Origin: Nematocida ausubeli
Taxonomy: Eukaryota
Length of the DNA stretch: 64,000 bases
Assembly (NCBI RefSeq): GCF_000738915.1
Contig: NW_026515636.1
Location: 521,175-585,174, forward strand
Reading direction: 5' to 3'
Below, piece by piece: positions 63,527 to 64,000 of this stretch (position 1 is its first letter; each line of letters starts with the position of its first letter). Position numbers and translations under genes: made by a program. The notes beneath the pieces are model-generated. The model was given only the letters and a program-made list of their open reading frames with translations, made no database searches and was not told where the DNA came from.

Positions 63527-64000
63527 ATGCTCACAGGGAAAGGTGACACATATACGTATAAGACAGTGACTCTACCAAATGGAATTAGAACATTATTATC
63601 ACATAATCCAACAGCAGATAAGGCAGCTGTGGCTGTCTCAATTAAAGTAGGTAGTTATTCAGATCCTAGGCCACTGCCTGGTCTAGCCCACTTTCTTGAA
63701 CATATGTTGTTCATGGGAACAGAAGAACACCCAGATGAAAATGCATATATGGAATATATTCATATGCATAATGGGAATAGTAATGCAAATACAGCAGATG
63801 AAGTAACAAATTATTTCTATGATATAGATCCAGCGTACCTGAAAGAAAGTATGAAAATATTCAGTAGATTCTTTACATCACCACTTATCCGAGAAGATGC
63901 CCTAGCCAGGGAACTACAAGCAGTTAATAGTGAACACAGTGTAAATATACTAGCTGAGACATGGAGAAGATATCACCTACTTACACTTGTATCTAAGACA
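63527..64000 (+). CDS. Insulinase-family (M16A; IDE/Ste23-like) metalloprotease, 3'-truncated by the window edge
   Basis: Not in the ORF track. ATG at 63527 gives TLPNGIR...VGSYSDP..LPGLAHFLEHMLFMG (HxxEH)...RELQAVNSEH. Confidence 0.93.
   Translation, partial: MLTGKGDTYTYKTVTLPNGIRTLLSHNPTADKAAVAVSIKVGSYSDPRPLPGLAHFLEHMLFMGTEEHPDENAYMEYIHMHNGNSNANTADEVTNYFYDIDPAYLKESMKIFSRFFTSPLIREDALARELQAVNSEHSVNILAETWRRYHLLTLVSKT

Noticed and set aside
63990..64000. The last 11 nt of the window (TATCTAAGACA) are the reverse complement of the first 11 nt, resembling terminal inverted repeats
   Set aside because: Both ends lie inside unrelated open reading frames (both encode SKT), the match stops at 11 nt, and the window edges are arbitrary. 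Treated as coincidence.
1..64000. tRNA, rRNA, U1/U2/U4/U5 snRNAs and transposase or reverse-transcriptase genes
   Set aside because: None recognised by eye. A covariance-model scan would be needed to exclude divergent RNAs.

Overview
Eukaryotic, AT-rich (roughly one third GC by eye), gene-dense sequence with no visible introns. It is almost certainly a microsporidian of the genus Nematocida: it has two NemLGF1-like large-gene-family genes, highly divergent fungal-type housekeeping genes, and 30-40 bp divergent promoters. About 42 CDS are supported, including gamma-tubulin, SMC5, condensin CAP-G, TopBP1-like, KNL1/Spc105, Mis12, a kinesin, Spo11, Med14, Tfc4, RPB6, eS4, eL20, frataxin, a monothiol glutaredoxin, DHFR, Ubc8, calcineurin B and an insulinase. 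The main result outside the ORF track is a spliceosomal U6 snRNA gene at about 12537-12640. It has a variant ACUGAGA box, a C at the ISL bulge and an atypical 3' end, in a lineage I recall being described as lacking introns. Other observations: an ~85-bp segment between short inverted repeats that is flipped between two paralogous promoters, a dispersed ~300-bp intergenic repeat family, a recurrent ATAACCCGA motif, TATA-led small membrane-protein genes including unannotated micro-ORFs, and a KEN-box micro-protein between KNL1 and Mis12. All protein calls come from motif recognition by eye; no searches were run.
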